IMG/VR virus record: IMGVR_UViG_3300035703_000020
Coordinates: 85,879 to 149,878 of that record
DNA: 64,000 nt
From: a virus
Reading direction: 5' to 3' (one strand)
A program made the translations under genes and the position numbers. Of this stretch, positions 47,118-56,583 are shown in pieces (positions within the stretch are counted from its first letter, which is position 1; every line of letters starts with the position of its first letter). The notes below the pieces were generated by a model, which searched no databases, had not been told where the DNA came from, and was given only the letters and a program-made list of their open reading frames with translations.

Positions 47118-48008
47118 ATGAAAGCAATCGCAACCGCCGCGCTGGCCGCCGCACTGAGCGTGGCCCCGGCCATGGCACAGGTGACCAGCGTCGGCCAGCT
47201 GCGCGACGTGCAGCCCACCGAGTGGTCCTACCAGGCCGTGAGCAACCTGGTGTCCCGCTACGGCTGCGTGGCCGGCTTCCCCGACGGCACCTTCAAGCCC
47301 GGCCAGCCCGCCACCCGCGCCCAGCTCGCCGCCCTGACCAACGCCTGCCTCGACCGCATCGCCGAGTACCAGAGCGCCGCTGACGCCCAGCTGGCCGCCG
47401 CGCTGCGCGCCGAGTTCGCCAAGGAGCTCGGCCAGACCAACGCCCGTGTGACCGCCCTCGAGGTCGCGGCCGAGACCAAGGCCAAGGGCGTCGGCAACTA
47501 CGTCGGCATCGGCGTGCTGCTGAACAAGCAGGGCGTCGGCGGCTCCGGCGTGGAAGGCATGGCCAGCCCCAACTCCACCGTCTCCGGCGGCACCCTGCAG
47601 GGCCGCTACGCCCTCGGCACCGCCTGGGGCAACGAGTACTCCCTGCGCCCGTACATCAACGCAGCGGCCGGCCCCAACGGCCAGATCGGCGCTGCCGGTG
47701 GTGCCCTGCTGACCTACGACTACAGCATCTCCAAGGCCACACTCGAGAACGGCGCCAAGGTCAGCCGCGCCAACATCTATGGGGGCGTGGGCTACCAGGT
47801 GCCCTTCACCAACAACGTGGAGGCCTCCTTCCAGTCCGCGATCGGCAGCAATCGCGGTGGCCAGGCTGTATTCGTGCTCGGCACCGAGGGCCGCATCACC
47901 AACAGCATCGTGGGCTTCGCCGACCTGAAGTTCCCCACGACCAACGCGGGCATCCAGGGCAGCTCCTACAGCCCCGTGTTCACCACCGGCCTCGGCATCA
48001 AGTTCTGA
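47118..48008 (+). CDS. SLH-domain outer-membrane (Som/porin-like) protein
   Basis: Signal peptide; DVQPTEWSYQA..RYGCVAGFPDGTF..ACLDRI cyanobacterial porin N-terminus; terminal Phe. Confidence 0.85.
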   Translation: MKAIATAALAAALSVAPAMAQVTSVGQLRDVQPTEWSYQAVSNLVSRYGCVAGFPDGTFKPGQPATRAQLAALTNACLDRIAEYQSAADAQLAAALRAEFAKELGQTNARVTALEVAAETKAKGVGNYVGIGVLLNKQGVGGSGVEGMASPNSTVSGGTLQGRYALGTAWGNEYSLRPYINAAAGPNGQIGAAGGALLTYDYSISKATLENGAKVSRANIYGGVGYQVPFTNNVEASFQSAIGSNRGGQAVFVLGTEGRITNSIVGFADLKFPTTNAGIQGSSYSPVFTTGLGIKF

Positions 48009-48184
48009 TGACTACCACCGAGCAGATCGTGGAGGTCTTCGAGCAGTGGCGCGCCGAGGACGAGAAGTTCACCGACAAGGGCAACAAGGCGGCGGGAACC
48101 CGCGCCCGCAAGGCCCTTTTAGAGCTGGGCAAGCTCGCCAAGGCCCGCCGGGCCGAGATCAGCGAGGCTAAGGCCGAGGCCTGA
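48008..48184 (+). CDS. Histone H1-like (Hc1-type) small DNA-binding protein
   Basis: KF..KGNKAAGTRARKAL.EL.KLAK.RR.EI. Not in the ORF track. Confidence 0.75.
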   Translation: MTTTEQIVEVFEQWRAEDEKFTDKGNKAAGTRARKALLELGKLAKARRAEISEAKAEA

Positions 48185-48200
48185 GCCATCGCCGCGATTC

Positions 48201-48221
48201 GGGAGCCTTCGGGCTCCCTTT
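48201..48221 (+). terminator. Intrinsic terminator
   Basis: GGGAGCC-TTCG-GGCTCCC-TTT. Confidence 0.85.
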
Positions 48222-48274
48222 GAATTTGCGCCAACTTTTGTAACACATAATCGGTGCGAACACGCGCCAGCGGA

Positions 48275-48469
48275 ATGACAGTAACCACCAACGAGCACGG
48301 GCAGCAGAACATGTGGGCCAAGGAGCCCGCGATGTACTACCAGAACTACGGCATGCTGAGCCCCGGCGAGGTCAAGGAGCGGACCAACGGCCGCTGGGCG
48401 ATGATGGGCATCGTGGCCGGCGCCATCTCCTACGCAATCACAGGCAAACTCTTCTTCGGTATCTACTGA
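48275..48469 (+). CDS. hli: High-light-inducible protein
   Basis: NMWAKEP N-terminal extension; ERTNGRWAMMG. Confidence 0.9.
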   Translation: MTVTTNEHGQQNMWAKEPAMYYQNYGMLSPGEVKERTNGRWAMMGIVAGAISYAITGKLFFGIY

Positions 48470-48582
48470 TGGGCTTCAACGAGAACAGCGAGAAACTCAA
48501 CGGCCGCCTCGCCATGATCGGCATCATGGCGGCGATCGGCGCCTACCTGGCCACCGGTCAGATCATCCCCGGAATCTGGTGA
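48469..48582 (+). CDS. hli: High-light-inducible protein
   Basis: EKLNGRLAMIG...TGQIIPGIW. Confidence 0.92.
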   Translation: MGFNENSEKLNGRLAMIGIMAAIGAYLATGQIIPGIW

Positions 48583-48674
48583 TCGCGCCCCTGATCTTCA
48601 CGAGCACCAGCGTAGCGTTCCTGGTGCTCCTTTTTCATTCTGTCTATAATCTCGCGGGAACCTACGACCTGTGA
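48579..48674 (+). CDS. Small hydrophobic peptide (31 aa)
   Basis: GTGA overlaps on both sides; single TM segment. Confidence 0.4.
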   Translation: MIAPLIFTSTSVAFLVLLFHSVYNLAGTYDL

Positions 48675-48970
48675 CGATGGATGGGGACGACATCTGGTGG
48701 CCGAGAGTTAGCGCGCTGGAAGACCTCACGATAGACGAGATCGAAAGCGGCTTCACGCTGAGCGCCCCAGACGGCACGGAGTGCGCCGACTGGCTCGCCC
48801 ACTACAATTCCACAGACGAGCTGCGGGAGCGGTTCAACGCCGCCTTCGTGAGGATGCTCGCCGAGTACATACAGAAACTGGAGCAAGATGGCAGTAAAGG
48901 CCAAGTCCCTGACGGGGTCGAAGCTGATCGAGAGCAAGCCGAAGAAGACGAGCCTCGGCCGGTCGCATAA
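48671..48970 (+). CDS. Hypothetical protein
   Basis: Acidic 99-aa ORF. Confidence 0.5.
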   Translation: MTMDGDDIWWPRVSALEDLTIDEIESGFTLSAPDGTECADWLAHYNSTDELRERFNAAFVRMLAEYIQKLEQDGSKGQVPDGVEADREQAEEDEPRPVA

Positions 48971-49034
48971 TACCAAGCTCAGCGCCACCTCGCGCAACTC
49001 GCGCAAGAAGCGCTACCGCGGCCAGGGGCTGTGA
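48888..49034 (+). CDS. Small basic cyanophage protein
   Basis: IESKPKKTS.G...TKLSATSRN..KKRYRGQG pattern. Confidence 0.7.
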   Translation: MAVKAKSLTGSKLIESKPKKTSLGRSHNTKLSATSRNSRKKRYRGQGL

Positions 49035-49222
49035 ACTACGAGTGCCTGCGGAAGGTGGGCGACGGCGAGGAGTGGGTCACCTGCACGGTGGTCGACTCCT
49101 ACACGTCGCCGACCCACTGGTACGTCCGCTGCGAGCTCGGACCAGAGTCGGATCACGTGTGGCTGCCGATCGACAAGGTCCGGAGGATCAGCTTCAACAA
49201 CACTAACGAGCCGTCGTACTGA
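49031..49222 (+). CDS. Hypothetical protein
   Basis: GTGA-coupled, 63 aa. Confidence 0.5.
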   Translation: MNYECLRKVGDGEEWVTCTVVDSYTSPTHWYVRCELGPESDHVWLPIDKVRRISFNNTNEPSY

Positions 49223-49276
49223 GCTCGCCGGCCGCTGCGCGCGGCATCATGTAAAAGACTCGCAAAACAACAAGCG

Positions 49277-49849
49277 ATGAACCTATTTGTCGTCGACCGC
49301 GACCCGGTCAAGGCGGCCGAGTGCCTCCCCTCCAAGCTGATCGTTAAAATGCCCCTCGAGACCTGCCAAATGCTGGCGGTCAACATGGGGCCTCTCTATC
49401 TCGACTGGGGTCCGCTGAGGCGGAAGGACGGGCAGCCGTACGGCCACAAGGGCTTCCGCAACCACCCGAGCACGGTGTGGGGGCGCGAGCGGGACGAGAA
49501 CATGGCGTGGATGATCACGCACGGCCTCGCCCTCTGTGGCGAGTACCTGCGGCGCTACGGGAAGCTCCACGCGTGCTTCGCGGGCCTGACCGACGCCAGG
49601 CGCCTCTTCGAGCTCAACACCGGCAAGCCGCTGTCGGTGTGGCGCGACGTGGACTCGTTCGCACGGGCCATGCCGGAGGAGCTGAAGTTCGACGACAGCA
49701 TAGACGACGTAACTGCGTACCGACTCTATGTCAACGGGCACAAGCACTACGCAGAGTGGAAACGCCGCCCGGAGGCAAAGCCCTCCTGGTGGGACGAAGA
49801 ACTCTTCTCTCGATGTCTATCACGGACCACCGCGACCCCTACAAGCTGA
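49277..49849 (+). CDS. Pyrimidine-dimer DNA glycosylase family protein
   Basis: MNLF..D.DP..AA....K.IVKMPLE.CQML, NHPSTVW, EY..RYGK.H. Confidence 0.8.
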   Translation: MNLFVVDRDPVKAAECLPSKLIVKMPLETCQMLAVNMGPLYLDWGPLRRKDGQPYGHKGFRNHPSTVWGRERDENMAWMITHGLALCGEYLRRYGKLHACFAGLTDARRLFELNTGKPLSVWRDVDSFARAMPEELKFDDSIDDVTAYRLYVNGHKHYAEWKRRPEAKPSWWDEELFSRCLSRTTATPTS

Positions 49850-50790
49850 ACGGCTCATTCGAATACCCAGAATACTACGAGAGATTCCAGAAAGCGATCG
49901 CGTCGGTGTGGAGGCCCGAGGAGGTCTCCATGGCGCACGACGTCTACGACTGGCAGGAGGCGCTGCCCGAGGAGCGCGAGGTCATCGGCGGCATCCTCCG
50001 CGGCTTCACGCAGCTTGAGCTGCACGTCGCCTGCTACTGGGGCGACGTCATCACGAAATACTTCCCGAAGCACGAGATCCACGCGATGGCGCGGGCCTTC
50101 AGCTCCAGCGAGGCCGTGCACGCCGCCGCGTACTCGCACCTGTCCGACACGCTCGGGCTGGACGAGTTCGAGGCATTCCTCGGCGATCCGACCGCACGCG
50201 CGAAGATCGACTACTTTGTGAATCAAGCTGACCCCGTGGTGTCCCTAGGTGTTTTCTCAGGCGCCGGCGAAGGGGTTTCTCTATTCTCGTCGTTCGCCGC
50301 TCTTCTGTCATTCAACCTCGACGGGAGGTTCAAGGGCGTCGCGCAGATCATCTCGTGGTCCGCGCTCGACGAGCAGCAGCACTCGGACGGGGGATGTTCT
50401 CTCTTCCGCGAGCTCGACTCTGAGGGCCGAGTTAGCGCTGTGCAGAAGGCCGAGATCGTGGAAGGATTTAAGGCGGTCCTCGCTAACGAGGATGCGTTCC
50501 TCGAAAAGATCTTCAACGGCTACAGCCTCAGGTGCATCAATCGGGAGGATCTTTGGCACTATCTGCGTCACAGGGCTAACGATCGCCTTCGCATGTTGGG
50601 CATTGACCACTCCTTCGAGTATGACCGAGCTAAAGCGGACGTCATCCGCCGCTGGTTCGAGCCGGTACTGAAGGGTCAAGTTTCTCAAGACTTCTTCGCC
50701 CACCACAAGGAAGGATCAGCTTACATCGCTAAGCCTGCACAGGACTTTTCGAGGGTGAAGTGGTCTCTTTTGGAGTTGGATCTTACATGA
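49813..50790 (+). CDS. nrdB: Ribonucleotide reductase class I beta subunit
   Basis: W.PEE..M..D..DW, EAVH..AY, EGVSLFSSF, DEQQH, DFF. Confidence 0.92.
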   Translation: MSITDHRDPYKLNGSFEYPEYYERFQKAIASVWRPEEVSMAHDVYDWQEALPEEREVIGGILRGFTQLELHVACYWGDVITKYFPKHEIHAMARAFSSSEAVHAAAYSHLSDTLGLDEFEAFLGDPTARAKIDYFVNQADPVVSLGVFSGAGEGVSLFSSFAALLSFNLDGRFKGVAQIISWSALDEQQHSDGGCSLFRELDSEGRVSAVQKAEIVEGFKAVLANEDAFLEKIFNGYSLRCINREDLWHYLRHRANDRLRMLGIDHSFEYDRAKADVIRRWFEPVLKGQVSQDFFAHHKEGSAYIAKPAQDFSRVKWSLLELDLT

Positions 50791-51353
50791 AACACAAGCA
50801 TAGAATCCTTCCAGGGTACGAGGGGGGAAGCTATATTGATGGGAATGTGATCCTACTGTCTCCGATTCAGCACGCCATGTGGCATTTTGCTGAATGGCAA
50901 CGTAAAGGTAGATGGCAAGATCGGGTGGCATGGAGAGCCCTTGCTGGACTGGCTTCCCAGGGGGAGATCATGTCAACAGTCCTAAGTGAAGCTGGAAAGA
51001 AAGGCGCCCAGTGGAACAAAGACCCAGCCAACAAGCATCTGAAGATGCATCGTAAAGGTGCTAGACATGATCAAACTGCTCGCCGCAAGATGCGTGAAGC
51101 TCATGGTCGTCGTCTAGATAGCCCTGGTGATCAACTTAGGACGGTCTCAAAAGAACAAAGAGCGGTGAACGCAAAGAAAGGCCTGCTAAGCAGATGGGGT
51201 TATGGCGGTCTTTACCCGTCCTCCAATGAGTTTAGGACTTCACTTTCAGAAACCTTCATAGAATACTTCTCCATTCATGGCCATCCAACTCCAAAGCGAG
51301 TCAGACGTAACAGTTCAGCAAGTGCCAGACTGGTTGAGCCCAGAAGGGCTTAA
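50787..51353 (+). CDS. HNH homing endonuclease
   Basis: N-terminal domain is a close paralogue of 5560-5997; lower GC; sits between nrdB and nrdA. Confidence 0.8.
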   Translation: MKHKHRILPGYEGGSYIDGNVILLSPIQHAMWHFAEWQRKGRWQDRVAWRALAGLASQGEIMSTVLSEAGKKGAQWNKDPANKHLKMHRKGARHDQTARRKMREAHGRRLDSPGDQLRTVSKEQRAVNAKKGLLSRWGYGGLYPSSNEFRTSLSETFIEYFSIHGHPTPKRVRRNSSASARLVEPRRA

Positions 51354-53211
51354 CACCCTCTCGCGAGGCTACCTCCTCCAGGGGGAGACCCCACGGGGCA
51401 TGCACCACCGCCTCTCCGCCTACGCGGCGAAGGTCCTCCAGATGCCCGAGATCGAAGATGATCTCTTCGAGATGTTCTGGCGCGGATGGCTGGGGCCCGC
51501 GACGCCAGTCGCCTCTAACTTCGGCACAAACCGCGGCCTGCCAATCTCGTGCTACTCGGTCCATGTCGGAGACAGCGTCAACTCGATCTACTCACACCTC
51601 AAGGAGGTGGCTCAGCTCTCGAAGAACGGGGGTGGTGTGGGCGTCTACCTCGGCGACGTCCGCCCCAGCGGCAGCCCGATCAGCTCAGGCGGGAAGTCGA
51701 CCGGCGTCGTCCCTTGGGCGCAGCAGTACGACCTCGCGTCGCGCGTCGTGTCCCAGGGCGGCGTCCGCCGCGGCTCGTTCGCGATCTACCTCCCGATCGA
51801 CCACCCGGACGTCCCCGAGCTGCTGCAGGCCAAGGACCATTCCAAGGGCGACCCCAGGCGCTTCGTCGACTCGAACATCGCCCTGACGATCACCGACGAG
51901 TGGATCGAGTCGATGCTCGCCGGCGACGAGAAGAAGCAGGAGCTGTTCAGCGAGGTGCTCAAGACGCGCCTGATCAGCGGCTCCCCCTATATCGTCTACA
52001 TCGACAACGTCAACCGCCAGAACCCCGAGTGCTACCGGCAGAGGGGCCTCGAGGTCAAGACGTCCAACCTGTGCTCGGAGATCACCCTGCACACCGACGA
52101 CGACCACACGTTCGTGTGCGTGCTGTCGTCCCTCAACCTTGCGAAGTACGACGAATGGCGGGACTGGCGTGGTACATCCTCTCTCAGCGTCCCGGAGCTC
52201 TCGATCCACTTCCTCGACGCCGTCGTGGAGGACTTCATCCACAAGGCGAGCCGCATCCCGAGCATGGGGCGGGCCGTGCGGTTCGCCCGCAAGTCCAGGG
52301 CACTTGGCCTGGGCACGATGGGCTTGCACTTGCTCTACCAGCGGCGTGGTCTGCCCTTCGCCTCCCCTGAGGCCCGCGAGCTCAACGTCGAGGTCCACAG
52401 GTTCATCAAGGACGAGGCGACCAAGGCAAGCCGCGCTCTGGCCGAGAGGCTGGGCGAGCCGGAGTGGTGTGCGGGTTCCGGCATGCGCCATACGCACCTC
52501 CTCGCCATCGCCCCGACGCGCACGAACAGCGTGATCAGCGGCGCCTTCTCGCAGGGCATCGAGCCGATCGACGCGAACTACTTCGTGGCCAAGCAGGCCA
52601 AGGGGACGTTCGTCCGCAAGAACCCGGTGCTGGAGGAGCTCTTCTGCCGCAAGGGCGTCAAGGAGTCCGTCTGGGACTACATCCTCGAGGAGAAGGGCTC
52701 AGTCCAGAAGCTCGACTGCCTGACCGCCGAGGAGAAGGAGGTGTTCAGGACCGCGCGCGAGATCGACCAGTTCGAGATCGTCAGGCAGGCCGCCGACCGC
52801 ACCCCGTTCGTGTGCCAGGCCCAGTCGCTCAACCTGTTCGTCGACCCCGAGATCGAGGCCGAGGAGCTGGTGCGGCTGCACCTGTCCGCGTGGCGGAACG
52901 GCGTCAAGTCGCTCTACTACCTGCGCAGCACGTCGCTCGTGGCGAAGAAGGATTCGTCCTCGCCCCGCGGGAAGATAATCTCGAAGAAGGACTGCCCCTT
53001 CTGCGATAAGCTCAAGGCGCGGCTGAAGGCCGACGGCGTGACCTTCCACGAGATCGACAGGTCGATCGTCGAGGAGTTCCCGTACAAGACCGTGCCCCAG
53101 CTGTGGATCGACGGCGAGCATGTTGGCGGCTACACCGACTACATGCGAAAGTTCCATGCCCCTGACAGTGACGCTGACGGCGAGAATGAGTGCAAAGCCT
53201 GCGAAGGGTAG
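51277..53211 (+). CDS. nrdA: Ribonucleotide reductase class I alpha subunit with glutaredoxin domain
   Basis: ISC, SNLCSEI, AIAPT, KSLYY; Grx CPFC..TVPQLWIDGEHVGG; terminal CKAC. Confidence 0.93.
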   Translation: MAIQLQSESDVTVQQVPDWLSPEGLNTLSRGYLLQGETPRGMHHRLSAYAAKVLQMPEIEDDLFEMFWRGWLGPATPVASNFGTNRGLPISCYSVHVGDSVNSIYSHLKEVAQLSKNGGGVGVYLGDVRPSGSPISSGGKSTGVVPWAQQYDLASRVVSQGGVRRGSFAIYLPIDHPDVPELLQAKDHSKGDPRRFVDSNIALTITDEWIESMLAGDEKKQELFSEVLKTRLISGSPYIVYIDNVNRQNPECYRQRGLEVKTSNLCSEITLHTDDDHTFVCVLSSLNLAKYDEWRDWRGTSSLSVPELSIHFLDAVVEDFIHKASRIPSMGRAVRFARKSRALGLGTMGLHLLYQRRGLPFASPEARELNVEVHRFIKDEATKASRALAERLGEPEWCAGSGMRHTHLLAIAPTRTNSVISGAFSQGIEPIDANYFVAKQAKGTFVRKNPVLEELFCRKGVKESVWDYILEEKGSVQKLDCLTAEEKEVFRTAREIDQFEIVRQAADRTPFVCQAQSLNLFVDPEIEAEELVRLHLSAWRNGVKSLYYLRSTSLVAKKDSSSPRGKIISKKDCPFCDKLKARLKADGVTFHEIDRSIVEEFPYKTVPQLWIDGEHVGGYTDYMRKFHAPDSDADGENECKACEG

Positions 53212-53935
53212 GGGCTGGACCCCTCTGAGCAAGCGCCTCGGCCTGCAGCCCGGCGACACCTTGCCAGACCGCCGGAAGGACCGGCGCAAGAAGTACCCGC
53301 CCCTGACCAGGGAGCAGCAGCGCCTGGTCGAGGAGCACCGCTGGATCGCGGGGCGCCTCGCCCACAGCGCGAAGGCGATGACGGGAGGCTACACCGGCTG
53401 CTTCTCGCGGCAGGACCTCGAGTCTGTGGCCTACTTCGCCCTGTGCGTGGCGGCCACCAGGTACGACCCGTCGCTCGGCTGGAAGTTCAGCACCTTCGCC
53501 TGGAATACGGCCAGGGGCTACATCCAGCATGCCCTGCGCGACCACAGCCGCATGGTGCGCGTGCCCCGCTGGATCATGCCGATCCGGGCCGAGGTGCGCC
53601 AGATGCTCACCGACGGCGCGACCTACGACGAGATCGGCGAGGAGCTCGGGCTGACGCACCAGCAGGTGCTGATGTGCGAGGAGTCGTGGCAGGAGATCCA
53701 CTCGTCGTACGACCACACGCCGGACGAGTGGCGCCCGAAGGAGTTCATCTATGAGATCGACGAGGCCCGCGCCATGATCGGCGAGGAGGTGCTCCAGGCG
53801 CTCGGCAACCTGCCCGACCCGGACCTCGAGCTGCTGCTCGCGCACGTCGAGGGGCCGCTGGAGGACGACGACGACATCGCCAGGGCCGACGAGCTGCTGA
53901 AGTACCTGCGCGCGATCGTCGAGGAGCACGGGTAA
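53186..53935 (+). CDS. SigF/SigB-like sigma factor 2
   Basis: DLESVAYFAL..AA.RYDPS.G.KFSTFA...HALRDHSRMVRVPR. Confidence 0.85.
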   Translation: MSAKPAKGRGWTPLSKRLGLQPGDTLPDRRKDRRKKYPPLTREQQRLVEEHRWIAGRLAHSAKAMTGGYTGCFSRQDLESVAYFALCVAATRYDPSLGWKFSTFAWNTARGYIQHALRDHSRMVRVPRWIMPIRAEVRQMLTDGATYDEIGEELGLTHQQVLMCEESWQEIHSSYDHTPDEWRPKEFIYEIDEARAMIGEEVLQALGNLPDPDLELLLAHVEGPLEDDDDIARADELLKYLRAIVEEHG

Positions 53936-54038
53936 GAACACGCGTCGCCGGCGCTGACCGAGCGGCGCAAGGCATTGGATCCCAAGCCGGGCCGAATCCC
54001 GGGTAAGACCCCCAACAAATAGAGGCATCCGCACGCTG

Positions 54039-55904
54039 ATGGCGACTGTACGCATCTCTCAACTCACCGCAATCACGGCGCCCACGGATGATGACGTACT
54101 CATCATCAACGACGCCGATACCAACACGCGAAAGATCACCTTCGCGAACCTGACCCAGAACCTGGTCAACACGACCGCCGCCGCCCAGACCAAGTCTGGC
54201 GCCCTGACCGTCACCGGCACGCTGACGGCCGGCGCGAACTTCGTCGTAGACACCAATACCTTCTTCGTCGACTCCGTCACCAACCGCTGCGGCGTCCGCA
54301 CGATCTCGCCCAACACCGAGCTCGACATCGACGGCACGGTCCACATCCGCAACAGCAACACACTGCAGTTCGGCGACGCCAACGACTCGAACTACGTGAG
54401 CCTCGGCGCCCCGAGCGTCATCGCCTCGAACTTCGCCCTGACGCTGCCCGCGTCGCTGCCTGCGGCCAACAACATCCTGTGGTCCGACGGCTCCGGCAAC
54501 CTCGGCTACACCACCGGCGTCACCTACGACTCCGGCACCCAGGCGCTCACCCTCGGCCAGGCATACTTCACCAACCGAGGCTCGGTCCGCTTCTACGAGC
54601 AGAGCATCAACGGCTCCGAGTACGTCGGCTTCACCGCTCCGGCCAACCTGGCGAGCACGACGGGCTACACGCTGCCGGGCACCTACCCCGCCTCTAACGG
54701 CTTCGTCCTGGCGTCGACGACCGGCGGCGTCCTCTCCTGGGTCAGCAACGGGGCCGGCGCCGCCGGCAGCGCGGGCGACGTCCAGTTCAGCGACGGCGCC
54801 CAGCTGACCTCCAACAGCAACTTCAACTTCAACAACGGCACCCAGACGCTCAACGTGCCATCCGTGGTCGTCGGCTCCGTGTTCGAGTCCAACGGCTCGA
54901 GCCAGCTCGGCAACAGCAGCGGCGACGACCTCATCATCAACGCCTCGCTCACCACCGACTTCAAGCCCAAGACGACCGGAACCGTCGACCTCGGCACCAG
55001 CATCCTGCACTTCGCCGAGGCTCACGTCGACGACCTGTACGTCTACGGCAACGCCGAGCTCGGCAACGGATCCGGGGACCTGATCTCCATCAACGGCGCG
55101 GTGGACACCAACGTGCTGCCCGACGTCACCGTCACCCGCAACCTCGGCTCCTCGACCGTACGCTGGAACTCCGTCTTCGCCAATGGCCTGGACTTCATCG
55201 GCGACGCGACCTTCGGGGACACCTCCGGCGACCTGATCACCATCAACGGCGACATCGCCGGCCGCCTGATCCCGCGGGCCGACGGCGCGATCGACCTCGG
55301 CAGCGCCACGCGGCGCTTCGCGAACGCGCACATCAACCAGCTGAGCACCTACGGCACCACGACCCTCGGAGACACCAACGCCGACTCGGTCGTGATCAAC
55401 GGCGTGGTGCAGAGCAACGTCCTGCCGTCCGGGGGCTTCGACCTCGGCGCCGCGGGCAGCCGGTGGGCCAACGTCTACGCGACCGCGGTCGACGCCACGA
55501 GCGTCAACACGTCGGGCTCGGCCACGGTCGGCGCGGCGCTGACGTTCTCGTCCATCAAGATGTCTGGCGCCATCGCCGGCCCGCTGCTGGCCGCCGCCGC
55601 CGCCAACTTCCAGCTCGAGGACATCACGACGCACCGTGCGTACAGCGTGTCCGTGTTCGCCCGCGACACGACGACCAACGCCACCGAGCTGTTCGACTAC
55701 CTGATCGCCTCCGACGGCACCGTCATCAGCGGCCAGGCCGGGACGACCGTCCGGTCCGGCGTCGCCTCGGCCCTCGTGACCCCTTCGGTCTCCATCGTCA
55801 CCGTCGGCGCCGCGAACTTCGCGCGCCTCACGCTGACGAACACCGCTGTCTCCACCAACTCCGTCTCCGTGCGGATCGTCGTCACCGCGGTCCCCAACTT
55901 CTAA
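54039..55904 (+). CDS. Tail fibre protein
   Basis: MATVRISQL N-terminus; fibre modules shared with 2-1615. Confidence 0.8.
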   Translation: MATVRISQLTAITAPTDDDVLIINDADTNTRKITFANLTQNLVNTTAAAQTKSGALTVTGTLTAGANFVVDTNTFFVDSVTNRCGVRTISPNTELDIDGTVHIRNSNTLQFGDANDSNYVSLGAPSVIASNFALTLPASLPAANNILWSDGSGNLGYTTGVTYDSGTQALTLGQAYFTNRGSVRFYEQSINGSEYVGFTAPANLASTTGYTLPGTYPASNGFVLASTTGGVLSWVSNGAGAAGSAGDVQFSDGAQLTSNSNFNFNNGTQTLNVPSVVVGSVFESNGSSQLGNSSGDDLIINASLTTDFKPKTTGTVDLGTSILHFAEAHVDDLYVYGNAELGNGSGDLISINGAVDTNVLPDVTVTRNLGSSTVRWNSVFANGLDFIGDATFGDTSGDLITINGDIAGRLIPRADGAIDLGSATRRFANAHINQLSTYGTTTLGDTNADSVVINGVVQSNVLPSGGFDLGAAGSRWANVYATAVDATSVNTSGSATVGAALTFSSIKMSGAIAGPLLAAAAANFQLEDITTHRAYSVSVFARDTTTNATELFDYLIASDGTVISGQAGTTVRSGVASALVTPSVSIVTVGAANFARLTLTNTAVSTNSVSVRIVVTAVPNF

Positions 55905-55961
55905 GTTCACCAGCCGTAAGTCCGGCCACGATCGTGTGGCCGGCGCGCACTAATCAACACG

Positions 55962-56150
55962 ATGGACACTAAGCAAACCCTCGCCAACCTGATCGACGCC
56001 TACGCCGCGGCGAAGCAGACCAACAACGAGACGCTCGTACGCATGTCGGTGGCGGAGTTGCAGGCCTTCCTCGCTCGCCACGACGTGGTACCACTGGGCA
56101 CCGCAGATGAGCAAGTGCAGGATACTGAAGGAGCAGGTGTCGCCGGGTGA
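55962..56150 (+). CDS. Hypothetical protein
   Basis: 62 aa, typical codon usage. Confidence 0.55.
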   Translation: MDTKQTLANLIDAYAAAKQTNNETLVRMSVAELQAFLARHDVVPLGTADEQVQDTEGAGVAG

Positions 56151-56337
56151 CATCCACCCGAGACAGCTGACGAACGACTGCTACTACGTCCACAGGGTGG
56201 ACGGGCAGGTCGACATAGCCCGGGCTGGTAAGATGGTCGAGGTCTTCGACGTCTACCACGACCTGGGCATCTTACTGACCAGGATCGAGCACTCAGGCGG
56301 CAGGCGCAACCCCAAGTTCCAGGAACCGGAGCTGTGA
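56107..56337 (+). CDS. Conserved cyanophage hypothetical protein
   Basis: DIAR..KMVEVFDVYHD pattern. Confidence 0.65.
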   Translation: MSKCRILKEQVSPGDIHPRQLTNDCYYVHRVDGQVDIARAGKMVEVFDVYHDLGILLTRIEHSGGRRNPKFQEPEL

Positions 56338-56338
56338 G

Positions 56339-56536
56339 ATGCCCCGCGAGTGGAACACGCCGAAGCGCGAGGCGTGGAACGCCCCGATCCACCAGATCCT
56401 GAGGGCGATCGACGAGCACAACCGCCAGTTCTTCCTCACGCGCGACCCCTGGCACCTGGAGAAGGCCACCCTGCTGAGGGCCTACCTCCACGAGCTCAAG
56501 ACGTGGATCCACAGGCAGGAGGGGCGTGACGGTTGA
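56339..56536 (+). CDS. Conserved cyanophage hypothetical protein
   Basis: MPREWNTPKRE.WNAPIH..L.AID.H pattern. Confidence 0.7.
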   Translation: MPREWNTPKREAWNAPIHQILRAIDEHNRQFFLTRDPWHLEKATLLRAYLHELKTWIHRQEGRDG

Positions 56537-56583
56537 AGCACCGCCCTAATCTTTGATTCACACTCCGTTACACTGCGTAAGAT

